DNA of 64,000 nt from an uncultured Bacteroidales bacterium. Lineage in GTDB: Bacteria > Bacteroidota > Bacteroidia > Bacteroidales > UBA11471. The DNA is taken from positions 26,555 to 90,554 of the forward strand of contig CANQQA010000007.1 of NCBI GenBank assembly GCA_947625885.1. The letters run 5' to 3'. Positions 53,392 through 62,716 of this stretch are shown here, one piece after another. Numbering within the stretch: position 1 is the stretch's first letter; every line of letters starts with the position of its first letter. The notes under the pieces are model-generated. The model searched no databases. It was not told the DNA's origin and worked only from the letters and a program-made list of their open reading frames with translations. The translations under genes were made by a program, and so were the position numbers.

Positions 53392-54504
53392 CTATTTTGA
53401 AATAGCAAAACCCCACGATGAAAGATAAGGAACCTCGATTTCGGGAACATGAAACAGAGTATAAGCTCCAAATTCCCGCCGCAGGCGATAATGTCCACGC
53501 AGAGATTCAAATGCGGCGGGAGCGTTTTTCAAGTCGCACGTATCGTCGAGCGGGTCGTAAGCCGCCCACACGGCTTTTGCCAACGGGTGGGCAATGCCCT
53601 GCATATCGAGGCAGGCGACGGGCGGAACCGGCGGCTGTATCGTCGAAGTATCTATCTCTATACCCAAATGTCGGGCGGCAGCCGCTACCATCATGCGGGT
53701 GGCGTTGGCTTTTCCGTCGGCGGAATATCCGGCAATGTGGGGCGTGGCGATGAAGGCTTTTTGCAAAAGTGTCTGCGACGGTGTCGGTTCGTTCTCCCAA
53801 CAGTCGAGTATCATATCCGACACCCGACCGGCATCGTATGCCGTTTCGAGGGCGGCGTTATCGACCACCTCCCCGCGCGCCGCATTGAGAATGACGGGAC
53901 GGCGGCGAAGCGATGAAAAGAAATGTTCATCTGCCAAATGGTACGACGGGTATGCCCCATCGCGGGTAAGCGGGGTGTGAAACGTGATGTAATCGCATTC
54001 CCGTGCTATCGTATCGAGCGACACGAATGCCGTCGCATCTTCGACTTCGGCTCGGGGCGGGTCGTTGAGCAGCACGCGCATACCCAGCCGGCGGCAGTGC
54101 GCCTCGACCTGCCGACCGACGTGTCCCACGCCTACGATTCCGATGCATCGGTCGCGCAGGTCGCAGCCTGTTTTTTCGGCATGGCGCAAGAGCGACGCCG
54201 TGATATATTGCGCCACCGATGCCGCATTGCAGCCCGGAGCGTTGCACCACACGATACCCTGCCGGCGGCAATATGCCGTGTCGATATGGTCGTAGCCTAT
54301 CGTCGCCGTACCGACAAAACGGCAGCGGCTGCCGTCGAGCAGCGCGGCATCGCAGCGGGTGCGTGTGCGCACAATCAGCATATCGGCATCGCGCACCGAT
54401 GCCGGCACCATCGCCGGAGCCGGCAAATAGCACACATCGGCATACGGGTCAAGCACGCCCCGTATAAACGGTATCTTGTCGTCGATAATAATCCGTTGTT
54501 TCAT
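53392..54504 (-). CDS. pdxB: 4-phosphoerythronate dehydrogenase
   Basis: IVRTRT, TATIGYDHID, NAPGCNA, DCWENEP, TPHIAGYS; -7 box at 54522-54529. Confidence 0.93.
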   Translation of the reverse strand: MKQRIIIDDKIPFIRGVLDPYADVCYLPAPAMVPASVRDADMLIVRTRTRCDAALLDGSRCRFVGTATIGYDHIDTAYCRRQGIVWCNAPGCNAASVAQYITASLLRHAEKTGCDLRDRCIGIVGVGHVGRQVEAHCRRLGMRVLLNDPPRAEVEDATAFVSLDTIARECDYITFHTPLTRDGAYPSYHLADEHFFSSLRRRPVILNAARGEVVDNAALETAYDAGRVSDMILDCWENEPTPSQTLLQKAFIATPHIAGYSADGKANATRMMVAAAARHLGIEIDTSTIQPPVPPVACLDMQGIAHPLAKAVWAAYDPLDDTCDLKNAPAAFESLRGHYRLRREFGAYTLFHVPEIEVPYLSSWGFAISK

Positions 54505-54643
54505 CGTATATTCGTTCTACGCAAAGATAGGCGTTTTTACTTTTCGCGCAATAATTTTTCTCCATAATGAATTTATTTTGCCGAATGGTTGTTACTTTCG
54601 CAAAGTCTCCCTATTTTTGTACTTCTTTAACCTTGATTCGTCT

Positions 54644-55252
54644 ATGGCAACATTCAGCGAAAAAAGCAACGAAATATTTTGGAAAGCCACGCAGGACTAC
54701 CATCGGTACGACGATGTAGATGCCCCCTTGCACAACCCCTATCCCGAGCCTTCCATCGAAAACGACCTGTATCGCAAAAATTGGATAGATGCCGTGCAAT
54801 GGCATCTCGAAGACATCGTGCGCGACCCGGCTATCGACCCCGTGAAGGCGTTGGCGATAAAACGGCGCATCGACAAGTCCAACCAAGACCGCACCGACCT
54901 CGTGGAGCGCATCGACAGCTATTTTTTAGAAAAGTATAAATCGGTAAAGCCGCTGCCCGACGCCGTCATCAATACCGAAAGTCCGGCATGGGCGATAGAC
55001 CGCCTCTCTATTCTGGCGCTGAAAATCTACCATATGCAGCAGGAAACGGAACGCCCCGACGCCGCTCCCGACCACATAGCCCGCTGCCGGGCAAAATTGG
55101 ACGTGCTGCTCGAACAGCGCACCGACCTCTCCGCCGCCATCAACCGCCTGCTCGACGACATCGCCGCCGGACGCCGCTACATGAAAGTGTACCGGCAAAT
55201 GAAAATGTACAACGACCCGGCGCTGAACCCCGTACTCTATAACCAAAAATAA
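54644..55252 (+). CDS. DUF4254 domain protein
   Basis: IDAVQWHLED, IDKSNQDRTD, TESPAWAIDRLSI, QMKMYND. Confidence 0.88.
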   Translation: MATFSEKSNEIFWKATQDYHRYDDVDAPLHNPYPEPSIENDLYRKNWIDAVQWHLEDIVRDPAIDPVKALAIKRRIDKSNQDRTDLVERIDSYFLEKYKSVKPLPDAVINTESPAWAIDRLSILALKIYHMQQETERPDAAPDHIARCRAKLDVLLEQRTDLSAAINRLLDDIAAGRRYMKVYRQMKMYNDPALNPVLYNQK

Positions 55253-55257
55253 TCGGA

Positions 55258-56316
55258 ATGCCCCCGTATCGGAATGTGCTTATCATACGCTTCTCGGCGT
55301 TGGGCGACGTCGCCATGACGATACCCGTCGTATATGAAGTGTGCAGGGCATATCCCGATTGCCGTTTTACGCTGCTGACGAAAAAATCGGTAGCAGGAGT
55401 TTTCGTCTGTCCGCCGGAGAATCTGCAAATTTTTCCTGCCGACACAAAAGGCAGACACAAAGGGTTTCGGGGCATTTGGCGGCTGTTCCGCGAATTGCGC
55501 CGGCTGCACTTCGATGCCGTTGCCGACCTGCACGACGTCCTGCGGTCGAAGATGCTCGACCGGCTTTTCGGGCTGTCGGGCACACGGCGGGCGATGATAG
55601 AAAAAGGCAGGAAAGAAAAAAGAAAACTCGTCGCGCGAAAAAAACAGCTGCCGCTGCGTCCGCTGAAAAGCTCTTTCCGCCGGTACGCCGAAGTTTTCGA
55701 ACAGTTGGGATTTTCCGTACCGGACACGTTCCGCTCCGTCTTCGACGCCACGCACCGCCCATGCCCTCTGCCCGACGCGATACCGGAGCGGCAGGCGGGC
55801 GAGCATTGGGTGGGCATCGCTCCATTCGCCAAACATCGCGGCAAAATATACCCGCCCGACCGTAGCGAAGCCATCGTAAAAGCGCTTTCGCAACGGGGCG
55901 GCTGCCGGATATTTCTGATGGGTGGCGGCGGTGAGGAAGCGGCGGTCGCCGAGCAATGGGCGGCGCGTTACCCTGCGGTCGTGTCGTTGGCGGGGAAGCG
56001 GTTGGGATTCCCGACGGAGCTGTCGCTGATGAGCCGAATGTCGGTGGTTTTTTCGATGGATTCGGCAAATATGCACTTGGCATCTTTGGCAGGCATACCG
56101 GTGGTTTCGGTCTGGGGGCAGACGCACCCTTATGCCGGTTTCTTGGGGTGGCGGCAGTCGGAGGCGAATGTCGTGCAAGACGAAACGCTGTCGTGCCGTC
56201 CCTGCTCCGTTTTCGGCAACAAGCCCTGCTATCGGGGCGACTACGCCTGTATGAATCTGTCGGAAAAGGAGATTTTATCCCGCATGGAAAAATTCCTTTC
56301 GGACGAGAAGGGCTGA
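55258..56316 (+). CDS. glycosyltransferase family 9 (LPS heptosyltransferase-like)
   Basis: RFSALGDV, DLH, MDSANMHLA, CRPCS..G..PC. Confidence 0.92.
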   Translation: MPPYRNVLIIRFSALGDVAMTIPVVYEVCRAYPDCRFTLLTKKSVAGVFVCPPENLQIFPADTKGRHKGFRGIWRLFRELRRLHFDAVADLHDVLRSKMLDRLFGLSGTRRAMIEKGRKEKRKLVARKKQLPLRPLKSSFRRYAEVFEQLGFSVPDTFRSVFDATHRPCPLPDAIPERQAGEHWVGIAPFAKHRGKIYPPDRSEAIVKALSQRGGCRIFLMGGGGEEAAVAEQWAARYPAVVSLAGKRLGFPTELSLMSRMSVVFSMDSANMHLASLAGIPVVSVWGQTHPYAGFLGWRQSEANVVQDETLSCRPCSVFGNKPCYRGDYACMNLSEKEILSRMEKFLSDEKG

Positions 56317-56368
56317 ATTTCGCCGTAAATTTTCTATCTTTGTAAACAGAAATTCCGTAAAGCCGAAT

Positions 56369-57079
56369 ATGAAAATCGTCGTCAATCCTGCCTACGAAAC
56401 GCTGAGAGCGCACATCGAGCGGCTTCCCGATACGTTCGGGGAGGGCGAACAGATATACGCCGCCCGCAACACGCTGAGCCGCTTTCGGTGGCAGGGGGGC
56501 GACGTCGTCGTCAAAAAATACAAAGTGCCCGTTTTCATAAATCGTATTATTTACCGCTTTTTCCGCAAGTCGAAAGCACGGCGGGCATACGAATATGCGC
56601 TGCGGTTGGAGGAGCTGGGAATACGCACGCCGCAGGCGGTCGCCTATATCGAATCGTATTCCGGCGGATTGCTTGCCGACAGCTATCTGGTAACGCTGTA
56701 CGAGCCATATTCCCGCCTCATGCGGGAGTTTCACACCGACGACTCGCTGACCGAAGAAGGCAAGAAAATTCTTCGCGCTTTTGCGGCATATTCCGTACAT
56801 TTGCACGACGCAGGCGTGCTGCACAAAGACTATTCGCCCGGGAACATCGTATTCCACGTTTCGAGCGGCGACGTCGATTTTTCGCTTCTCGACATCAACC
56901 GAATGCGTTTCGGCAGCATCGCCCGCAAAAAGCGGCTCCGCAACTTCCGCCGGCTGACGCCCTCGAAAGCCGTAACGGCGTATATCGTCGGGGAGTATGC
57001 GCGGCTGAAACAATGGGACACCGACACGTCGGTGCGAATCGCCCTGCGGGCGCAGGAACGGTTTTTCGCGCACCGATGA
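56369..57079 (+). CDS. LPS/Kdo kinase family (InaA/WaaP-like) protein
   Basis: VVKKY, SKARRAYE, LHDAGVLHKDYSPGN, LLDINR; -7 box at 56335-56342. Confidence 0.85.
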   Translation: MKIVVNPAYETLRAHIERLPDTFGEGEQIYAARNTLSRFRWQGGDVVVKKYKVPVFINRIIYRFFRKSKARRAYEYALRLEELGIRTPQAVAYIESYSGGLLADSYLVTLYEPYSRLMREFHTDDSLTEEGKKILRAFAAYSVHLHDAGVLHKDYSPGNIVFHVSSGDVDFSLLDINRMRFGSIARKKRLRNFRRLTPSKAVTAYIVGEYARLKQWDTDTSVRIALRAQERFFAHR

Positions 57080-57094
57080 AAACTATATAGCGAT

Positions 57095-58108
57095 ATGGAA
57101 GATTTCGACATACGGCAACAGCGCTACGACAAGGAGCAGGAGTTTGAAAAAGCCCTGCGCCCGCTCGTGTTCGGCGATTTCAACGGACAGGAAAAAATCA
57201 TCGAAAACCTGCGCGTGTTCGTCGAGGCAGCCAAGATGCGCGGCGAAGCGCTCGACCACGTGCTGCTGTACGGACCTCCCGGACTGGGGAAAACGACGCT
57301 CTCGAACATCATCGCCAACGAATTGGGCGTAGGTTTCAAAATCACTTCGGGTCCGGTGCTCGACAAGCCGGGCGACCTCGCTGGCATTCTCACCTCGCTC
57401 GAACCCAACGACGTGCTGTTCATCGACGAAATACACCGCCTCAGCCCCATTGTGGAGGAGTATCTCTATTCGGCGATGGAGGACTTCCGCATCGACATCA
57501 TGATAGACAAGGGACCGAGTGCGCGCTCGATACAGCTCGACCTCAACCCCTTCACGCTCGTGGGCGCGACGACCCGCAGCGGTCTGCTCACCGGTCCGCT
57601 GCGCGCCCGATTCGGCATCAACTGCCACTTGGAATACTACGACCACACGGTATTGAGCGGCATCGTGGGGCGCTCGGCGGCGATTCTGCAAGTGCCCTGC
57701 ACGGAAGAGGCGGCGACGGAAATAGCCCTGCGCAGCCGCGGCACGCCCCGTATCGCCAACGCCCTGCTGCGGCGGGTGCGCGATTTTGCGCAGGTGAAGG
57801 GCAGCGGTCGCATTTCCATAGAGATAGCCCGCGTCGCCCTCGAAGCGCTGAACATCGACCAATACGGCCTCGACGAAACCGACAACAAAATATTGACGAC
57901 TATCATCGACAAGTTCGAGGGCGGTCCGGTGGGTCTTACCACCATCGCCACCGCCTTGGGCGAAGATGCCGGCACGCTCGAAGAGGTATATGAACCCTAC
58001 CTCATCAAAGAGGGGTTCATCAAGCGCACCCCGCGCGGGCGCATGGTTACGGAGCTTGCCTACAAACATCTGGGGCGGAGCCGCAGCGACAAAGCCATGT
58101 TGTTCTGA
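57095..58108 (+). CDS. ruvB: Holliday junction DNA helicase
   Basis: [43 protein letters not shown]. Confidence 0.97.
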   Translation: MEDFDIRQQRYDKEQEFEKALRPLVFGDFNGQEKIIENLRVFVEAAKMRGEALDHVLLYGPPGLGKTTLSNIIANELGVGFKITSGPVLDKPGDLAGILTSLEPNDVLFIDEIHRLSPIVEEYLYSAMEDFRIDIMIDKGPSARSIQLDLNPFTLVGATTRSGLLTGPLRARFGINCHLEYYDHTVLSGIVGRSAAILQVPCTEEAATEIALRSRGTPRIANALLRRVRDFAQVKGSGRISIEIARVALEALNIDQYGLDETDNKILTTIIDKFEGGPVGLTTIATALGEDAGTLEEVYEPYLIKEGFIKRTPRGRMVTELAYKHLGRSRSDKAMLF

Positions 58109-58123
58109 AAAATTCTTTTGCCT

Positions 58124-59623
58124 ATGTCGGGAATGAAAAGTTTGGCGAAAGACACCGCCGTTTACGGATTGAGCAGCATCATCGGGCGGTTTCTCAACTG
58201 GTGTCTGGTACCCCTCTATACCAACGTCTTTTCGCAAGCCGAGTACGGGGTGGTAACCTACCTCTACTCGCTGGTCGCCCTGCTGCTGATTATTCTTACC
58301 TACGGGCTGGAAACCGGATTTTTCCGCTTCGCCAATCACGAAAAATACCAAGACCCGATGCGGGTCTACACGACGGCGCTCCTCTCGCTGGCGGGCACCT
58401 CGACGCTCTTTCTCGCGGCAGTGGTCGTATTCCTCGACCCGCTGTCGGCGGCGCTCGGCAGTTCGGGCGACCCGCGCTACGTGCTGATGCTCGCGGCGAC
58501 CCTCGCCATCGACGCCTTCACCGCCCTGCCGTTCGCCTACCTGCGCTACCGGCAAAAGGCGCTCCGCTTCGCCGGCATCAAGCTGCTATCCATTTTCCTG
58601 AACATCGGGCTGAACCTCTTTTTCATTCTCCTCTGTCCGGCGATATATGCGCGGCACCCCGAATGGGTTGCGTGGTGCTACGCGCCCGACTTCGGCGTGG
58701 GGTACATTTTCCTCTCCAACCTCATCGCCTCGGGCGTTACGCTGCTGGCGCTGATACCCGAAATTTTCGCCGCCCGCTTCCGCTTCGACGGCGAGATATG
58801 GCGGCGCATGATTGCCTATTCGTTCCCGCTCCTCGTCATGGGGCTTGCCGGCATCATGAACCAGACCATCGACAAGCTCATATACCCCGCTTTGGTGGCG
58901 GACACCGACTGCGCCATGGCAGAGTTGGGCATCTACGGCGCCAATTACAAAATCGCTATCGTCATGGTCATGTTCATACAGGCGTTCCGTTTCGCCTACG
59001 AGCCTTTCGTATTCGCCAAAAGCCGCAGCCGGGGCGAGGACGCCACAAAGGCATACGTCGATGCCATGCACTACTTCATCATCTTCGCGCTGCTCATATT
59101 CTTGGGCGTCATGTTCTACCTGCCCGTCTTGAAGTATTTTATCGCCCCTGCCTACTTTTCGGGGCTGGCGGTGGTGCCTGTCGTCATGGCGGGCGAACTC
59201 TTTTTCGGCATCTTCTACAACCTGTCGCTCTGGTACAAGCTCACCGACCGCACCCAATGGGGCACGTGGCTCTCGCTGCTCGGGCTGGCGGTAACGCTCG
59301 CCGTAAACATCGCCTTCGTGCCGCGCTTCGGCTACATGGCTTGCGCGTGGGCGGCGTTCTGCTGCTACTTCACCATGATGACGGTGTCGTACCTGCTCGG
59401 TCGCAAATACTACCCCGTACCCTACAAAACAGGCGCCGCACTGCGCTACGTCGTTTTGGCGGCGGCGCTCTACGCCATAGGCTCTCTGCTGCCCGACCGG
59501 AGTACGGTCGGACTGCTGGCGGCGCGAACGGGGCTGCTGGCGGTGTTCATCGCCTACGCCATACGCCGCGACATCGCCCTCGCCGAACTCCCGCTGCTCG
59601 GCAAATACTTCCGTAAAAAATAA
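58124..59623 (+). CDS. MOP-family polysaccharide/oligosaccharide flippase
   Basis: Multi-TM; YGLSSIIGRFLN.LVPLYT, YGLETGFFRF, QAFRFAYEPF. Confidence 0.85.
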   Translation: MSGMKSLAKDTAVYGLSSIIGRFLNWCLVPLYTNVFSQAEYGVVTYLYSLVALLLIILTYGLETGFFRFANHEKYQDPMRVYTTALLSLAGTSTLFLAAVVVFLDPLSAALGSSGDPRYVLMLAATLAIDAFTALPFAYLRYRQKALRFAGIKLLSIFLNIGLNLFFILLCPAIYARHPEWVAWCYAPDFGVGYIFLSNLIASGVTLLALIPEIFAARFRFDGEIWRRMIAYSFPLLVMGLAGIMNQTIDKLIYPALVADTDCAMAELGIYGANYKIAIVMVMFIQAFRFAYEPFVFAKSRSRGEDATKAYVDAMHYFIIFALLIFLGVMFYLPVLKYFIAPAYFSGLAVVPVVMAGELFFGIFYNLSLWYKLTDRTQWGTWLSLLGLAVTLAVNIAFVPRFGYMACAWAAFCCYFTMMTVSYLLGRKYYPVPYKTGAALRYVVLAAALYAIGSLLPDRSTVGLLAARTGLLAVFIAYAIRRDIALAELPLLGKYFRKK

Positions 59624-59727
59624 TTTCTTGCTCAATGGCTTCCCCGCCCGAAGGCTCACTCTCCTTCGGGCGCGATTTTTATTTCCCTAATTTTAAGACG
59701 GGTATTGCAAATTTCAAAAATCGTCGC

Positions 59728-59735
59728 TATCTTTG
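59728..59735 (+). promoter_or_regulatory. -7 promoter box upstream of leader copy 2
   Basis: TATCTTTG, with ATTG 20 nt upstream as a possible -33. Confidence 0.6.
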
Positions 59736-59800
59736 CCCTTGCCGATCGCACCGCAGAAGCCCCGATCGCGGGGTACAGCGGGGCGGGGGCAAAGACATAA

Positions 59801-60055
59801 AAAGCGTTTACTTGACGTTTTGTTCTTGATATACAGAAATTCTCGCAAAATTTCATTTGGAGTCAAGGATAAAGCAACGGTAGATGCCCGTGGATATGTA
59901 ATAGTTTATTTTTTCGACCGCGTATTTCGGGAGAAATGGCGTCGAAACTGTTGCATATATAAGCGTGGGCTTCTGCGTTGCCGTCCAACTCCAAAAGGCA
60001 ATGCGAGAAGCCTCTGTATGAAGGACAGCAACAGGTACAGATTCCTACGCTTTTC
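59801..60055 (+). ncRNA. candidate structured 5' leader RNA, copy 2
   Basis: About 190-nt nested hairpin (59831-60019) with sense-strand G-U pairs; same loop motifs as copy 1 at 39117-39275. Confidence 0.65.
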
Positions 60056-60108
60056 GTTTAATAATAAATCGCCAACGAGGGGATGACCGCGGCAGGAGAA
60101 TACAAAAA

Positions 60109-60405
60109 ATGAACGAAAATTTACAAGCATTAATCCAAAATGTCTGTTCTGGATTTCCTACATACGATGTGGGGGTGAGCAATGTATTCGATCAGCGTAG
60201 ATTTGTTAGAATGGTTCACTATGCATGGAAACATGAAATTGGATTCCATCCAGACATGTTCAAAAACGCCCTAATGAAGACCGACTTATTTCATTCTCTT
60301 TCAGAAAACGAAATCGAAACTAAAGCATCCGAACTTTGTCTACAGGCTGACTTCGCAAAGTCAATGTTCCACGCTGCGTTTGACCTTGAAAATCTTACAA
60401 TCTGA
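60109..60405 (+). CDS. hypothetical protein (98 aa)
   Basis: ATG after an A-rich stretch, protein-like composition, 5 nt before the next gene; no family recognised. Confidence 0.7.
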   Translation: MNENLQALIQNVCSGFPTYDVGVSNVFDQRRFVRMVHYAWKHEIGFHPDMFKNALMKTDLFHSLSENEIETKASELCLQADFAKSMFHAAFDLENLTI

Positions 60406-60410
60406 TAATC

Positions 60411-62669
60411 ATGAAAACAACACTTCAAAAACTTGGGATACTGGCAGCGATGCTGCCGGTATCCCTGTGCGCTTCGGCGTATGACTTCGTGGCAGACGGC
60501 ATTGCCTACAAGATAACATCATTTACAGAGTTCGAATGTTCGGTAGTCGCCAACGACAGCAGCTACCGAGGCGATATTACAATCCCCGAAACCGTCTCTT
60601 TCAACGGCAGAACATTGACCGTCAAATCCATCGGAGACGAAGCCTTTTATCAGGACACAGCTCTGACATCGGTAACGATTCCCGCAACCGTTACAACGAT
60701 AGGGGACTATGTTTTCTGCGAATGCGTCAATCTCCAAACGGTAGCGCTTCCGGACGGTTTAACCGATATAAGCAGCTCCACTTTCTACGGATGTTCTTCG
60801 ATAGAAAGCATCGAACTGCCGGCATCGTTAACGGAAATAGGCGATCTTTGCTTTTCAGATTGTACCGCCCTGTCGAAAATCGAACTGCCGGCGGCAGTAT
60901 CGGAACTTCCATATGGATGTTTTAGCGGCTGTTCCAATCTGAAATATATGAACTTGGCAAACGTTGAAACAATTGGGGATTACGCATTTTCCGGTTGTAC
61001 TAATCTCGCCGAAGTGAAATTCGGGGACAAATTGCACTCTATTGAAAGATACGCCTTTCAGGCGTGCGGATTCGAGGAGTTCACGATTCCGAATAGCGTT
61101 ACTTCGATAGATTCCTATATATTAGAGGGCTGCGATAAATTGCAATCTTTTACACTGGGCAACGGTATTACGGAGATAAATAAGGATAATAATCCGATAT
61201 CCGGTTGTACCAATGTCAAGAAATTCATCATTGCAGACGGATCAGAATCTTTGACGTTTTTTGATGACGCCATATATAGAAGCGCCCCTTTTGAATATGT
61301 GTACATAGGTAGAGATATGGTTTCAAAAACTAAATACGGGATTCCGTGTTATGATCCTCCTTTTTATGATAACACGCATATAAAAACCGTCGAAATCGGG
61401 GAATTTGTAACAGACCTCCCTTGCTCCGGGAATTTTCTATATTATGGATTTTTTGAAAATTGTACCTCGCTCGATTCGATTAAAATTCAGGGTCTGCCAA
61501 CTATTCACTCTGACTTTGCAGCAGGGGACACCGCCCTTAAATACGTAGAAATTTCAAATAAAACGACGAAAATAGATTACAGAGCATTTTCCGGCTGCTC
61601 CTCTCTCGAAACAATCGTATTAAAAGCCCTAACGCCCCCGACTTATTATTACGGTTTCACTTCTGATCTATATCTCAATTGTCGGCTGCTTATTCCCGAA
61701 GGAACAGAGGCATTGTATAAAAATGCTTCGCCGTGGAACAATTTCTGGAATATCGTTGAAAGCCCGGAATGTTTTTCGGAATTTACGGTAGGAGACCTGA
61801 AATACACAATCATTACGGGAAATGAAGTCAGCGTTTCGATAAACGATTCAACCGGAAAACAGAACGTTCAGATTCCCTCGCAAGTCGAATATAATTCAAC
61901 GGTTTACAACGTCGTTTCCATAGCCGGAGAGGGTTTTGCAAATTCGACGGAATTGACGGCTATATCCCTTCCAAGCAGCATTAAGCGAATTGGGGAAAAT
62001 GCTTTTCAGGGGTGCGACAATCTCAATGTCGTCATTTCAAAAAATCCGGAGGCACCGATTACTTTCAAAGAAGTTTTCTCTCCGAATATCTATGAAACGG
62101 CGACCCTGTTTCTTCCCAATGGCAGAGAATCTTCATACGCAGCAGATACATATTGGAGCCTGTTCAAGAATATACGCCAATCGGAACTTGTTCCGATCGA
62201 TTCATTGAAATTCGAGGAGAAAGAACTGGCAATTAATCTGAACGAAAGCAAACAGTTGGTGCCGCATATCTATCCCGACAGCGCGTCCATTCAAAAACTC
62301 AAATGGACTTCTTCCGCCCCCGACATCGTATCGGTGGCAGATGACGGCACTATCGCCTCGAATACCCAAAAAGGCGAAGCGACTATCACGGCAACGACAA
62401 CCGACGGCACCAATATCTCCGACTCCATAATCGTCAAAGTCGGAACGGAAGCCGGTATCGGAGAGGTAATTTCAGAGAATGCAACCATCAGCGTTTCGGC
62501 AGAAAACAATACGATTGTCATAACGGAAAAACTCGCGGAACAAATCGTAAATGTGTACGACATTCAAGGGCGGCTCATCGCCACCACTACCCAAGACGTT
62601 ATAAAAAATCTTTCATCGGGATTTTATATCGTATCTGTCGCCGGTAAAACATTCAAAATTACTATTTAG
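60411..62669 (+). CDS. BspA-like leucine-rich repeat surface protein with Ig-like domain and probable T9SS C-terminal signal
   Basis: Signal peptide (ASA-YDF); LxxVxLPxxLxxIxxxxFxxC repeats; WTSSAPDIVSV (Big_2-like); C-terminal VYDIQGR..GFYIV..KITI. Confidence 0.9.
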   Translation: MKTTLQKLGILAAMLPVSLCASAYDFVADGIAYKITSFTEFECSVVANDSSYRGDITIPETVSFNGRTLTVKSIGDEAFYQDTALTSVTIPATVTTIGDYVFCECVNLQTVALPDGLTDISSSTFYGCSSIESIELPASLTEIGDLCFSDCTALSKIELPAAVSELPYGCFSGCSNLKYMNLANVETIGDYAFSGCTNLAEVKFGDKLHSIERYAFQACGFEEFTIPNSVTSIDSYILEGCDKLQSFTLGNGITEINKDNNPISGCTNVKKFIIADGSESLTFFDDAIYRSAPFEYVYIGRDMVSKTKYGIPCYDPPFYDNTHIKTVEIGEFVTDLPCSGNFLYYGFFENCTSLDSIKIQGLPTIHSDFAAGDTALKYVEISNKTTKIDYRAFSGCSSLETIVLKALTPPTYYYGFTSDLYLNCRLLIPEGTEALYKNASPWNNFWNIVESPECFSEFTVGDLKYTIITGNEVSVSINDSTGKQNVQIPSQVEYNSTVYNVVSIAGEGFANSTELTAISLPSSIKRIGENAFQGCDNLNVVISKNPEAPITFKEVFSPNIYETATLFLPNGRESSYAADTYWSLFKNIRQSELVPIDSLKFEEKELAINLNESKQLVPHIYPDSASIQKLKWTSSAPDIVSVADDGTIASNTQKGEATITATTTDGTNISDSIIVKVGTEAGIGEVISENATISVSAENNTIVITEKLAEQIVNVYDIQGRLIATTTQDVIKNLSSGFYIVSVAGKTFKITI

Positions 62670-62682
62670 CAATAGAAATCTC

Positions 62683-62716
62683 TAAATAAAGGCACCTCGG
62701 CATAAGCCGAGGTGCC
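62683..62716. terminator. hairpin downstream of LRR gene (T tract on minus strand)
   Basis: GGCACCTCGGC-ATAA-GCCGAGGTGCC preceded by TAAATAAA. Confidence 0.75.

Noticed and set aside
59733-60086. 117-aa ORF spanning leader copy 2
   Set aside because: The TTG start is part of TATCTTTG and there is no peptide similarity to the copy-1 ORF; conservation is structural, not coding
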